Source: Dehalococcoidia bacterium (lineage in GTDB: Bacteria > Chloroflexota > Dehalococcoidia > UBA2979). Taken from it: a stretch of 64,000 bases of DNA. The translations under genes were made by a program, and so were the position numbers. Positions 12,096-22,280 of this stretch are shown here, in pieces. The DNA lies in the NCBI GenBank assembly GCA_963667465.2, contig CAXXDN010000002.1:1088001-1152000 (forward strand), read 5' to 3'. The stretch's first letter is position 1. Every line of letters starts with the position of its first letter. The notes under the pieces were generated by a model that saw only the letters and a list, made by a program, of their open reading frames with translations, had not been told where the DNA came from and ran no database searches.

Positions 12096-12830
12096 ATGGC
12101 AATGGCGCCAACCAGACTCGCAGGTCTCGCGCTCATCGCGGGCGTCGTAATCGCGATGGTGGGATCGATCATCTTCCCCGGAGGACCGATCGTCGATAGC
12201 GTCGACCAGACGGACTTCGTGGGCGCGATCGAGGCGCTTGCCGCGAACCCTGGCCTCGGCCACCTCACGACGCTGATGGTGATCCTGGGGATGCTACTCC
12301 ACGGCTACGGCCTGCTCGGGCTCTTCGGCCTCGTGCGCGGCGGCGAGGGCTTCCAGGGTCCCGGGCTTCGGTTCGGGATCATCGTCAGCCTCTTCGGATG
12401 GGGTCTCTTCACCCTCTCGCTGGCAAAGCGCCACATGGTGATCCACCTCACGCAGCGCGCCGACAGCGCCGACACGGCCAGCCTGCAGGAGTTCTTCGAT
12501 AGCGCGGCGCTTACCGGTCACGTGGAGATGTCCGGGCTCGTCCTCGGTTTCATCGCCATCTACCCGTTCGGGTCGGCCCTCACCGGGCTCGGTCTCGCGC
12601 CGCGATTCGACAGGATGGACGTGTTCAAGGTGGCCTGCTACGGCCTCGTCCTTGTCGGAGTGGTGGGGTTCCTGAACTTCATCTACGCGCTCTTCGTCCC
12701 GGACACGGACCTCGTGCTGCATCTGCTGATCAACAACCTTGTGTTGATGGTCGGGTCGGTCTGCCTGTTGGTCGTCGGGCTCGGCATGTACCGCGGCCGC
12801 GGCGAGTTGACGCCGGACGACGCCACGTAG
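12096..12830 (+). CDS. Multi-pass membrane protein of unknown function (DUF4386-like)
   Basis: 244 aa, about 6 TM helices, GGGGG SD upstream. Confidence 0.75.
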   Translation: MAMAPTRLAGLALIAGVVIAMVGSIIFPGGPIVDSVDQTDFVGAIEALAANPGLGHLTTLMVILGMLLHGYGLLGLFGLVRGGEGFQGPGLRFGIIVSLFGWGLFTLSLAKRHMVIHLTQRADSADTASLQEFFDSAALTGHVEMSGLVLGFIAIYPFGSALTGLGLAPRFDRMDVFKVACYGLVLVGVVGFLNFIYALFVPDTDLVLHLLINNLVLMVGSVCLLVVGLGMYRGRGELTPDDAT

Positions 12831-12974
12831 CACCCGCGGCGCAGGACGACGCCGTCCCGTCCACGCGGGGACGACCTCACCATGGCCGTCCTCGCGTGCG
12901 ACATCCGCCTTCGAGGTGGTTGCGCCGGGAGCCGAGCCTGCGCGGGGGCGGCCGGCCTCAGGCCCCTCGCCCGG

Positions 12975-15438
12975 CTACTCTTCGTGACGCCTGTGGACGC
13001 CCTCGATCGCCTCGTCGAGCTCTTCCCAGGTACGCTGCACCATCGAGCGCAGCCGCATGTTGCGGTAGGCGCCCCAGACGGTCATCGCGGGTGGCACGAC
13101 CAGCACCGCGACGATCAGCGAGTAGGCGATGGTGATCGCCGCCGTGATGCCGAACTGCTGGAAGGCGGCCAGTGGTGACGCCGCCAGCACGCCGATGCCG
13201 AGGCCCGTCGTGATCGCGGAGCCCAACAGCGCCGAGCCGGTGGCTCCGAGTGTCCGGACCGCCGCCCGCTCCGGATCCCGCACGCGCGTGAACTCCTCGC
13301 GGTAGCGATGGATCATGTGGATCGTGTAATCGACCCCGATCCCGATCGAGAGCGCCGTGATGATCGACGTGACGATGGTGTACGGGATGTCCAGCAGCGC
13401 CATCGTGCCCAGCACCGAGACAAGGACGAGCGCGGTCGGGACGACCGCGATCACCGCCAGCCCCGGCTGGCGCAAGGTGACCCAGAAGAAAATGGCAAGC
13501 ACGCTGAGAGCCACGACGACGGTGGTGCTGACCGAGTCCGTCTGCCGGTCCCGGACCGCATCCGTCACCGCGAACGAGACGATGGTCTCCGATGTCGCCG
13601 TGATCGCAGAGTCATCGCCCCGCCACAGCTCCTCGATGTCCTGCTGGAGCCTCCGCGAGGCAGCGGGATCACCCGTGTAGGCAGGGAACTGGACCAGCAT
13701 CGTGTCGATGCCGTTGGGGTCATTGACCAGACTGCGCGCGAGGGCGGGATCCCGCGCGCCGAGCCTGTCGAGGAGCTCCTGCATCAGCAGCGGATCGAGT
13801 TCCACGTCCGCTGAGGCTTCCCGGAAGAGTGCCGCGAGTTCCGGGTCGTACTTGTCGCCCGGTTCGCCGCTGTCGTGGACCCAATCCTGGATGAGCAACT
13901 CGTACGAGGTCTGAAGCGGACCCGCGCCCGCCCTCGGGCGGCTCGATCCGTCCTCGAAGGCGACCCGGAGATCCTTCAGGTTGAGGAGCGTCCGGGTCTC
14001 CGTGGCCTCCGCCTTGAGGAGCACACTGGCCACCTCTGTCGAGCCGCCGACGGCTGCGTCGAGCGTGTCCAGGTCCGTCAGCACGCTCCCACCTCGGGGC
14101 AGCAGGTCGCGGATGCTGTACTCCGAGTGGAGACCCGTCGCTGCGTACCCGAGGCCAATCGTCACCACGACCACGACTGCGATGTAGGGCGTGGGCCTGT
14201 GGGTGAGCTTCCTCCCCAGCCACTCCGCCAGTCGCTCGACGCCGGGGAACGCCTGCGAGATCAGGCGAGGCGGTTGCAACGTTCCGCGCGCCTCGCGCCG
14301 CCGGTCGATGATCGTCCGGCCGGCGGGAATCAGCATCAGCATCACGATCAGGCTCATGCCGACGCCCAGGCCCGCGATGATCCCGAAGTCGCCCAACGAT
14401 CTCAACCGGCGAGAACAGGCCCACCAGCAGGCTCACGATCGTCGTCACGGCAGCCAGCATGAGCGGGATGCTCACGTTGCCCAGTCCGATTCGCGCGGCG
14501 GCCGCCACAGGCTCACCCGCCGCGCGCTGCTCGCGGTAGTGCGAGACCGTCTGGATCGCATAGTCCACCGTGAGGCCGATCATGATGATCGGCACCATCG
14601 CGGTGAGCGCGTTCGGGGGACCGGTCAGCCCCAGCCCGTTTGGCCCGAGCCAGCCCTCGGCTCCACCAATCCAGACCAGCGCGACCACCAGACCCGCGAG
14701 GGTGAGCAGCAGGTCCGAGAGGGCGCGCATGAAGAGCAGGAGCAGCCCCGCAATCAACAGCAACGCCAGCCCGACCAGGGGCAGCATGGCGGTCTCCGTG
14801 GCCCTCCGGAACTCGTCCTCGATGACCACGAACGAGATGCTGCTCACACGCAGCGGATCCTGGCTCCCCGCGGCAAGTTCGCTGATCGTTCGTTCGGCAT
14901 CCTCGACTCGTTCGTCGGACGTGTCGACCAGGCGGATGCCGGCGGTCGCGATGGGCGTACCGTCGGAGTCAGTCCCGGTCATCACGGCGAGGAGGTCCCC
15001 GATGCCCGGGGCTCCGCGCACCGCATCGATTTGCGCCTGCGTGACCGACTCGAAGTCCTCCACCTGGAGGGCGCCCTGTATGAGCTGAGCCGGTGAAATA
15101 ACCGGATTGGCGGGGACGAGCAATTCCCCGATCCCCGGGGCGGCGACGATCTCGTCGAGCAGGGACGCCATCTGCGCGAGTCCATCGGGAGTCAGCGCGT
15201 CCCCACGGAAGAGGAGCGTTGCGACCCGTACGTCCCCGGCCTCCCCGAAAAGCTCATCGATCTCGGTCAGGGCCTGGGCGACCGCGCTCCCTTGCGGGAG
15301 CGTCGCCTCGGTGTCCGGCGGCGCCGCGCGCAGCCCGGACCCGGCGGCGAGCAGGACGGTGATGAGGACGAGGACGGCGATCGTGATCCACGGGCGAGCG
15401 ATGACCAGCCGGCTCAGCGCGCCGAGTGCGTTGTCCAT
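12975..15438 (-). pseudogene. MMPL/RND-family transporter split by one +1 frameshift near 14393 (pseudogene or sequencing error)
   Basis: Both halves carry MMPL motifs ('IGLTVDYAIQ..HYRE', 'IGIGVDYTIHMIHRYREE'); removing one G from GTT-GGG-CGA restores E-I-V-G-D-F-G-I-I. Confidence 0.85.
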
Positions 15439-15543
15439 GACTTGCCCCACATCTCCCAGACAGTCGCCCAGCAACCTACATTGTGACTATGTAGCACATG
15501 CTCGAGCTGCGCAGTACACGGCGCCACAAGCGCCGGATGCCAG

Positions 15544-15571
15544 GCGGCCGCACCCCGAAGGATGCGGCCGC
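15544..15571 (-). terminator. Hairpin downstream of the lipoprotein gene
   Basis: gcggccgca-ccccgaagga-tgcggccgc inverted repeat. Confidence 0.4.
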
Positions 15572-15598
15572 GTTGGTCTCGTACGGAGCTGCTGGTCG

Positions 15599-16729
15599 CT
15601 ACTGCCCCAGCGCGGTGATCGCCGTCTGTTGAGATCGCTGGAGTTCCTCGTCGTTCATGCACTCCCAGGGTCTGCCGCCGCCGGCGGCGAGCGCCGCCGG
15701 GTCCGTCGCCGACGGATCGTACGCGCGGACGTTGATCAGCGCCGGGTAGTGCGGCTGTTCACCCTCGAAGTCGGCAAGGCAAGCCTTGGTCTCATCGGAC
15801 AGCTCGCCGGTTGCCGTCTCGGTGATCGCGACGAATGCCCGGACGTAGGCCTCGTCCGACATGCAATCGGCCACCGCATCCGAGACGTCGAAGGCCTCGT
15901 GGACCGTGCCGGCGAGGAGTGTGTCGTACTCCGCGTCGCTGAGCGCGTCACGGATGCAGGTGACATCCGCCTCGGGAATCGCGCCGATCAGGTCGTGCTC
16001 GGCGGTCGTGAGGCTATCATTCACCTCCTGGAGACCCACCAGGTAGTCGATCTGCTCCTGCACGGTGAAGCAGTTGTAGGCCTCCGGGAAGAACGGCCGC
16101 GCGCCCGCAGCCCCGCCCACCTCGTCGCCCACGGGCACACCCAGTGAAATCAAGATGACGGTGGGGTTTGTGACACTGATGCCGATCATGCAGGCGACGG
16201 TGTCGTCGCTCCAACCGCCAGCCTGGGCCGAGATGAACTTGACGCCGAGTGTCACGACGTTCTCGACCTCGAGGCAGCCGAAGAGCGGTGCCCCGGCCTC
16301 GGCTTGCTGGGCGGCCAGCAGGATGGGCGTGGCGAGCAGGACGTCGTAGATGAGGTCACCGAAGGCCTCGCGGACACAGGCCTGCTCGGCCTCGGAGACG
16401 CTGTCCATGAGGTCCTTGCCGGTGGTTGCCGGGGTGATCGCCAGCTCGTTGACTCCCTGGGCGGGCTGGGTCGCTGACGGGGTGGCGGCCTCCGTAGGCG
16501 TCGCCGTCGCCGCGGATGTCGCTTCGGGCGTCGGGGTCGGAGTTGGAGTAGGCGGTGCCGGGGTAGGCGTCGGGGTAGGCGTCGGCGCGGGTGTCGCCGC
16601 CACGGTCGGCGCCGCCGTCGGCGTCGGTTCGGGGTCATCGCCACCACCGCAGGCAGCAGCGAACGCGACGACGGCAATGGTCACGGCGAGGGCGACGAGC
16701 CAGCCTGATCGAATGAAGCGCATGGCCAT
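15599..16729 (-). CDS. Secreted lipoprotein with Pro/Thr linker and repeated Cys-containing helical domains
   Basis: Signal peptide with lipobox-like 'AAAC-GGG', (PT)n tract, repeats 'EQACVREAFGD..YDVLL' / 'DVTCIRDALSD..YDTLL'. Confidence 0.8.
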   Translation of the reverse strand: MAMRFIRSGWLVALAVTIAVVAFAAACGGGDDPEPTPTAAPTVAATPAPTPTPTPTPAPPTPTPTPTPEATSAATATPTEAATPSATQPAQGVNELAITPATTGKDLMDSVSEAEQACVREAFGDLIYDVLLATPILLAAQQAEAGAPLFGCLEVENVVTLGVKFISAQAGGWSDDTVACMIGISVTNPTVILISLGVPVGDEVGGAAGARPFFPEAYNCFTVQEQIDYLVGLQEVNDSLTTAEHDLIGAIPEADVTCIRDALSDAEYDTLLAGTVHEAFDVSDAVADCMSDEAYVRAFVAITETATGELSDETKACLADFEGEQPHYPALINVRAYDPSATDPAALAAGGGRPWECMNDEELQRSQQTAITALGQ

Positions 16730-16833
16730 GTTCCAATCCCCTAAGGTGGGAGGTGTCTGGGAGTCCGTGCAGTATAATGAACTCACCTTGGGCCGCGAGC
16801 CTGCCGATGCGGCAAGCAGCCCTCGTGGATCGT

Positions 16834-16920
16834 GCCGAAGTGGCGGAACGGCAGACGCGCTGCGTTCAGGGCGCAGTGGGGTTTAACCCCGTGTGAGTTC
16901 AAATCTCACCTTCGGCACCA
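16834..16920 (+). tRNA. tRNA-Leu(CAG)
   Basis: Acceptor GCCGAAG/CTTCGGC, anticodon arm CTGCG-TT-CAG-GG-CGCAG, long variable arm, CCA. Confidence 0.95.
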
Positions 16921-16951
16921 TAACCCGGGAATACCGCATACTGGTTCGCAC

Positions 16952-17027
16952 GCGCCCGTAGCTCAGGGGATAGAGCGCAGCCCTGCGGAGGCTGAGGCCG
17001 AAGGTTCGAATCCTTCCGGGCGCGCCA
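16952..17027 (+). tRNA. tRNA-Arg(GCG)
   Basis: Acceptor GCGCCCG/CGGGCGC, anticodon arm CAGCC-CT-GCG-GA-GGCTG, D-arm identical to the tRNA-Arg(CCT) in this window, CCA. Confidence 0.93.
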
Positions 17028-17090
17028 TACCGCTGCTCCCGCCTCACCGCCCGAACGACACTCTCGCCCTCCTCGCGTTACCCTTGCGCC

Positions 17091-18383
17091 ATGACCACCG
17101 CCGCACGCTCAGGCCCGACCGAGGCGCCCGCGTCCGACGCCGGCAGCACCGAGTCGCCCCCGCAGAGCCACGAGAGCATGCGGCTCATGGTCGGGCTCTC
17201 CGCCGGCCACGGCGTAAAGCACTTCTACCAGCAGACGCTGCTGCTGCTGCTCCCGCACATCAAGGAAGCGCTGCTGCTCAGCGACGTAGCTGCCGGCGGG
17301 ATCATCGGCGCTCGCGCGGCGGCCATGGGCGCGATGAATGTCCCTGCGGGCGTTTTCACGGACATGTTCCGCAGCCGCATCGCGCTCATGCTCACGGGGA
17401 GCATGGCCTGTCTCGCCCTCGGCTACGCGGCGATCGGGCTTGCCTCCAACTACTGGCTGATCCTGATCGCGGTCGCCGTCTGCGGCGCCGGCACCTCGAT
17501 GTGGCACGCACCCGCCTTCACGGAGCTGGCGGTGCGCTACCCGCAGCGGCGCGCCTTCGCGATCGCCGCGCACCGCTCCGGCGGCTCGATCGGGGATTCC
17601 TCCGCGCCATTCGTGATCGGCATCCTGCTCGGCGGGGTGAGCCTCCTGGGCCTCGAGTGGGGCGGGCTGAGCTGGCGCACCGTGGCGCTGCTGCACGTTG
17701 GTCCCGCCGTGGTCACCGGCGTAGTGATCCTGATCCGCTTCAAGTCCGCCGGCGCGGGCGCCCAGGCGCGTGTGCGGCTGCGCGAGTACCTCGGCTCGGC
17801 GCGTCCGCTGTTCCGCAACCCGACCGTGATCGCGCTCGTCTCCGTGACGGCGCTACGCGGGATGGCGCACAACGCCTTCGCCGCCTTCCTCGTGCTCTAC
17901 ATGGCCGAGGACCTTGACTACTCCGATGTCGTGGTCGGCGCTCACCTCGGACTGCTGACGCTGCTCGGCATCCTCGCCGGGCCGGTCATGGGCGCGGTTT
18001 CGGACCGCATCGGGCGGCGGCCGGTGATCATGTTCGGGCTGATCACGATGTCGATGCTGACCTTCGCCTTCCTCTGGGCGGATAGCGGCTGGTCGCTGAC
18101 GATCACCCTCGCGCTGCTCGGCATCGTGCTGTTCTCCGTGAACTCGATCATGATGGCCGCCGCCATGGAGTCCGTGCAGGGCGGCAGCGAGGGGTCGGCG
18201 GTTGCGATGCTGTTCACCGGCGGCGCGATCGTCGGCGCGATCTCGCCCGTCGTCGCCGGGGCGATCAACACGGCCTGGGACTTCCACGGCGTAGTCGTCT
18301 ACGCCGGCTGCATCGCCGCCCTCGCCGCCGTGATCGCCGCGCTCGCCCCGCTGCGCGAGGTACGGCCCATCTCCGAGGCGTAG
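17091..18383 (+). CDS. MFS transporter (Fsr-like)
   Basis: 12-TM pattern; 'GHGVKHFYQQ', 'WHAPA', 'GAVSDRIGRR'. Confidence 0.88.
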   Translation: MTTAARSGPTEAPASDAGSTESPPQSHESMRLMVGLSAGHGVKHFYQQTLLLLLPHIKEALLLSDVAAGGIIGARAAAMGAMNVPAGVFTDMFRSRIALMLTGSMACLALGYAAIGLASNYWLILIAVAVCGAGTSMWHAPAFTELAVRYPQRRAFAIAAHRSGGSIGDSSAPFVIGILLGGVSLLGLEWGGLSWRTVALLHVGPAVVTGVVILIRFKSAGAGAQARVRLREYLGSARPLFRNPTVIALVSVTALRGMAHNAFAAFLVLYMAEDLDYSDVVVGAHLGLLTLLGILAGPVMGAVSDRIGRRPVIMFGLITMSMLTFAFLWADSGWSLTITLALLGIVLFSVNSIMMAAAMESVQGGSEGSAVAMLFTGGAIVGAISPVVAGAINTAWDFHGVVVYAGCIAALAAVIAALAPLREVRPISEA

Positions 18384-18402
18384 CCGGCGCCGGCAGCGCC
18401 TT

Positions 18403-19266
18403 TCAGTCCGCCGCGCTCAGCCCCGCAAGCTGCTCACTCAGCTTCCAGGCGCGCTCCTGCGCGGCACGGTCGGCGGCGTCCCCGGCGGGCTCCTCGATGC
18501 GGTCCTTGCTCCAGTAGGTTCCGCTGACGCCGGCAACCTCATCGGAGATCGCGAGGCGCAGCACGTGCGAGGCTCCTCGCTCCGGCGACATGAGCGCCCA
18601 GCGGGCGACGAGGTCGAACCCGATGCTCATGAGGCGGTTACCGGACTTCCGGGCGATGCCGGTGCGGACGAAGCCCGGGTGGACACTGTTCGCGGTCACG
18701 CCGGAGCCATCGAGGCGCCTCGCGAGCTCGTTCGTGGTCATGATCATCAGCGCCTTTGCCTGGCCGTAGGCGCGCATCATCCGGTAGTGGCGCTCGCAGG
18801 CGAGGTCGTCCCAGCGCACCCCGGAACGGTGCGCGATCGAGGCCACGTTGACGATTCGCGCGCCGAACCCGCGGTCTTCCCCGGCCCCGGCTCGCAGCAG
18901 CGGCAGCAACTCCGCGGTGAGCACGAACGGCGAGAGGTGGTTGAGCGCGAGGGACAGCTCCAGCCCCTCGGCGCTCTCTCCCCGCCTGGAGAACAAGCCG
19001 CCGGCGCTATTGATGAGCACGTCGATGCGGTCGTGGCGTTCGCGGATCTCGGCCGCGGCGCGACGCGTTTGCTCGAGGCTGGCGAGGTCGGCCACAACCC
19101 AGTCGGTCGCCGCGCCAAGTTCCGAGGCCAGCTCGCCCAGCAGCGCCTCGTTGCGACCGACGAGCGTGAGGCGCGCGCCGGCGGCGGCCAGCGCGCGCGC
19201 GGCCGCCTTGCCAATGCCGGAGGTCGCCCCGCTGAGCACGACCGTGCGGCCGCTCGTATCGGACAT
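18403..19266 (-). CDS. SDR oxidoreductase (retinol dehydrogenase-like)
   Basis: 'SGATSGIG', 'IVNVASIAH', 'YGQAK', 'VHPGFVRT'. Confidence 0.92.
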   Translation of the reverse strand: MSDTSGRTVVLSGATSGIGKAAARALAAAGARLTLVGRNEALLGELASELGAATDWVVADLASLEQTRRAAAEIRERHDRIDVLINSAGGLFSRRGESAEGLELSLALNHLSPFVLTAELLPLLRAGAGEDRGFGARIVNVASIAHRSGVRWDDLACERHYRMMRAYGQAKALMIMTTNELARRLDGSGVTANSVHPGFVRTGIARKSGNRLMSIGFDLVARWALMSPERGASHVLRLAISDEVAGVSGTYWSKDRIEEPAGDAADRAAQERAWKLSEQLAGLSAAD

Positions 19267-19394
19267 CGCGTGCCTCCTCGCGGCCACGATACAGCCGTTC
19301 AGTGCGGCCGCACCTGCCGGGTGCGGGCGAGCGCGCGCTTTGAGGATCGCCGCTCGATCCGCCAGAATCGCTTCGCCCGTCGCCGGAGGCGCCC

Positions 19395-20630
19395 GTGTCG
19401 ACAGAAGCCAGCGCTGCCTCGCCCGCCGAACCCGGACCCCTCGAGGGCCTGCGCATCCTCGATCTCAGCCAGGGAATCACCGGCCCCTACGCCACGAAGC
19501 TGTTCGCGGACTACGGCGCTGAGGTCACGAAGATCGAGCATCCCGGGCGCGGCGACGTCTCGCGTCGCTTCGGCCCCTTCCCCGGCGACCAGCCGCACCG
19601 CGAGCGCAGCGGCATGTTCCTCGAGCTCAACACCGGCAAGCGCAGCGTCACGCTGAACCTCAAGACAGCGAGTGGCCGCGCGATCCTGATGCGTCTCGCG
19701 GAGCAGGCCGACCTCGCCGTCGAGAGCTTCCGGCCGGGCACGCTCGAACGCCTCGGCATCGCCGACCCGGCGCTGCGCGAGGCCAATCCCGCGCTCTCGC
19801 TGGTGCGCATCTCCAACTTCGGTCAAGACGGCCCGTACCGCGACTTCGCGGCAGACGACATGCTCGCCTACGCGATGGGCGGGGTGCTCTCGATCACGCT
19901 CATGGAGGGACGCGAGCCGGTCAAGCTCGGCATCTATGCTCCGCTCTTCCTCGCTGGCGGCGTCGTCGCGGCGTACGCCTTCGGCGCGCTCACGGGCGGA
20001 CGCCGCAGCGGCCACGGCGAGCGCGCCGACGTCTCGCTGATGGAGGTGCTGGCGGGCTCGATGGATCGGGGCGGCACCAACCTGCTCTCGACGCAGTACT
20101 CCGGCGCGCTCGGCCACGGGATTGCCTCACCCGCCAGCGTGTCGCTGCCGAGCGGGCCCTACCCGTGCAAGGACGGCTATGTGCACATCAACGCCTCGAT
20201 CCGCTGGTGGGACCGGCTCTGCCGGCTCCTCGGGCGCCCCGACCTGATCGACGACCCCGAGTACGTGGAGCACCTCGACGACCCCGCACTCGCCCCGAAG
20301 GTCGACGAGCTGTTCCTGCCCTGGGTGCTCTCGAAGACCAAGCGCGAGGCAATGCTGGAGGCGCAGGCCCACGGCCTGGGCGCAACGGCGATCTACACAA
20401 TGGAAGACCTGCGCAGCGACCCCCATGTGCGCGGGCGCGGCTACTTCCAGCGCCTCGATCACCCCGCCGCCGGATCCCTCGAGTACTTTGGCCCGCCGTT
20501 CACGCTGCACGGCACGCCCGTGCAGCTGCGTCGCGCGCCGTTGCTCGGCGAACACACCGTCGAGTTGCTCAGCGGGATCGGCTACAGCCGCCAGCAGATC
20601 GTGCAACTGCGCCAGCGGAACATCGTCTGA
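19395..20630 (+). CDS. CoA-transferase family III (CaiB/BaiF)
   Basis: 'PLEGLRILDLS..ITGPYAT..FADYGAEVTKIE', 'NTGKRSVTLNLK', 'APLLGEHT'. Confidence 0.93.
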   Translation: MSTEASAASPAEPGPLEGLRILDLSQGITGPYATKLFADYGAEVTKIEHPGRGDVSRRFGPFPGDQPHRERSGMFLELNTGKRSVTLNLKTASGRAILMRLAEQADLAVESFRPGTLERLGIADPALREANPALSLVRISNFGQDGPYRDFAADDMLAYAMGGVLSITLMEGREPVKLGIYAPLFLAGGVVAAYAFGALTGGRRSGHGERADVSLMEVLAGSMDRGGTNLLSTQYSGALGHGIASPASVSLPSGPYPCKDGYVHINASIRWWDRLCRLLGRPDLIDDPEYVEHLDDPALAPKVDELFLPWVLSKTKREAMLEAQAHGLGATAIYTMEDLRSDPHVRGRGYFQRLDHPAAGSLEYFGPPFTLHGTPVQLRRAPLLGEHTVELLSGIGYSRQQIVQLRQRNIV

Positions 20631-21961
20631 TGGCGGCCGCAGCGGCCTCGGGGCTGCCGCTGGAGGGCGTGCGTGTGCTCGCACAGGCGATCGTCTGGGC
20701 GGGACCGTTCGGCTCGATGATCCTCGCCGACCTCGGCGCGGAGGTGATCGAGGTCGAGTCGATCCAGCACCTCAACCCGACGCGCACCTTCTACCGCCAC
20801 ATCTCGGAGCTGCAGCGCGACGGCAACACCGGAGCGGGTCTCGCGAACCGCGACACGAGCGAGGGATTCTGGAATCGCTACACCTTCTTCAACTACGGGA
20901 AACGCGCCCACAAGAGCGTCACGCTCGACCTCCACAGCGAGCGCGGGCACGAGCTGTTCCTCGAGCTCGTCCGCCACTCCGACGCCTTCATCGAGAACAA
21001 CGCCGAGGGCGTCGTGGCGAGCCTCGGCATCGACTGGCCGACGCTGTCCGAGGTCAACCCGCAGCTGATCATGATTCGCTTCCCCGGCTTCGGCCTCAGC
21101 GGGCCCTACCGCGACTTCAAGGGCTTCGGGGCGGCGATGGAGGCGTTGGCCGGGCACACCCTGATCCGCGGCTACCGGGACTCCGACCCCTCGCAAACGC
21201 CGCCCACCTACCACGCCGACCCCAACGCCGGCGCGCACATGGCCTTCGCCCTGCAAACGGCGCTCTACCAGCGCGAGCGCACCGGCGAGGGGCGGCTGGT
21301 CGAGCTGGCGCAGTCGGAGGCGGTGATGCACCACGTCTCGCACGCCTGGATGGACCACGAGCTGAACGGACGGCTACAGGAGCACTGGGGCAACCGCCAC
21401 CCCTCGATGGCCCCGTACGGCATCTTTCCCACTGCCGAGGAGCCGGGCGTGGAGCATGACTTACTCCCTTATGTCGCGCTCGCCGTCCCGAATGACCGCG
21501 CCTGGGCGGCGCTCTGCGAGGCGATGGGCGAGCCCGAGCTAGCCTCGGACGAACGCTACGCCGACGTCGTCTCGCGCTACCGCAATCAGGACGAGCTGGA
21601 ACCGCGCATCGAGTCGTGGACGGGGCAGCACACGGCGCGCGCGCTGATGCTGCTGCTGCAAGGGGCCGGCGTGCCCGCGGCGATGGTCAACCGGCAGACC
21701 CTGATGCATGGCGACCCGCAGCTGCAAGCGCGCGGCTTCTTCGAGCCGATCACCCACCCCGAGGCTGGCACGCACCTCTACCCCGGCCCGCTGGCCCGCT
21801 TCAGCGAGCAGCCGCTGAGCCCCGTGCGCGGCCCCGCCCCCACCCTCGGCCAGCACAACCACGAGCTGCTCTGCGGCCTGCTCGGCCTCAGCGAGGGGGA
21901 GTACGAGCGCCTCGAGGCGGACGGCGTCATCGGCACCGTCTACACGGAGGACGCGACGTAG
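20630..21961 (+). CDS. CoA-transferase family III (CaiB/BaiF), translationally coupled to the previous gene
   Basis: 'PLEGVRVL..WAGP..LADLGAEVIEVES', 'APTLGQHN'; TGATG overlap. Confidence 0.93.
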   Translation: MAAAAASGLPLEGVRVLAQAIVWAGPFGSMILADLGAEVIEVESIQHLNPTRTFYRHISELQRDGNTGAGLANRDTSEGFWNRYTFFNYGKRAHKSVTLDLHSERGHELFLELVRHSDAFIENNAEGVVASLGIDWPTLSEVNPQLIMIRFPGFGLSGPYRDFKGFGAAMEALAGHTLIRGYRDSDPSQTPPTYHADPNAGAHMAFALQTALYQRERTGEGRLVELAQSEAVMHHVSHAWMDHELNGRLQEHWGNRHPSMAPYGIFPTAEEPGVEHDLLPYVALAVPNDRAWAALCEAMGEPELASDERYADVVSRYRNQDELEPRIESWTGQHTARALMLLLQGAGVPAAMVNRQTLMHGDPQLQARGFFEPITHPEAGTHLYPGPLARFSEQPLSPVRGPAPTLGQHNHELLCGLLGLSEGEYERLEADGVIGTVYTEDAT

Positions 21962-21971
21962 CGCGGGCGGG
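21858..21971 (+). repeat. Direct repeat copy 1 (3' end of the CoA-transferase gene)
   Basis: Aligns with 22555-22667; shared core cctgctcggcctcagcgagg. Confidence 0.85.
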
Positions 21972-22070
21972 TTCAGTCCTCGCCGAGCGCCGTGAGCACC
22001 TCGACACCAAGCGCCTGCGCGACCTCGCAGGCACCTCGATCGTGCGACATGTACGGGACGCCGGGCGCAA

Positions 22071-22280
22071 TCAGGCCCGGTCGAAGGCGCTCGCGTCCAC
22101 ACGAAGGTCTCGCACGATCGCTCGGATCGTTCCGGTTCGGAGATCCTTGCCGCCCCAATTCGGGACAGTGGTCCGCGCGCCGTTGGCGGGATTGCGCCAG
22201 ATTTCGTGAGAGCCCCGTGACTGGCGGTCGAATTCGCAGCCGAGCGCCGTCAACTTGCGAGTGAGCTCGCGGTACCTCAC
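22071..22280 (-). CDS. hicA: HicA-family mRNA interferase toxin
   Basis: 69 aa; 'RGSHEIWRNP...TTVP...DLRTGTIRAI'. Confidence 0.92.
   Translation of the reverse strand: MRYRELTRKLTALGCEFDRQSRGSHEIWRNPANGARTTVPNWGGKDLRTGTIRAIVRDLRVDASAFDRA

Noticed and set aside
16470-16640. Short tandem DNA repeats (ggcgtcgggg...)
   Set aside because: They simply encode the Pro-Thr linker of the lipoprotein.
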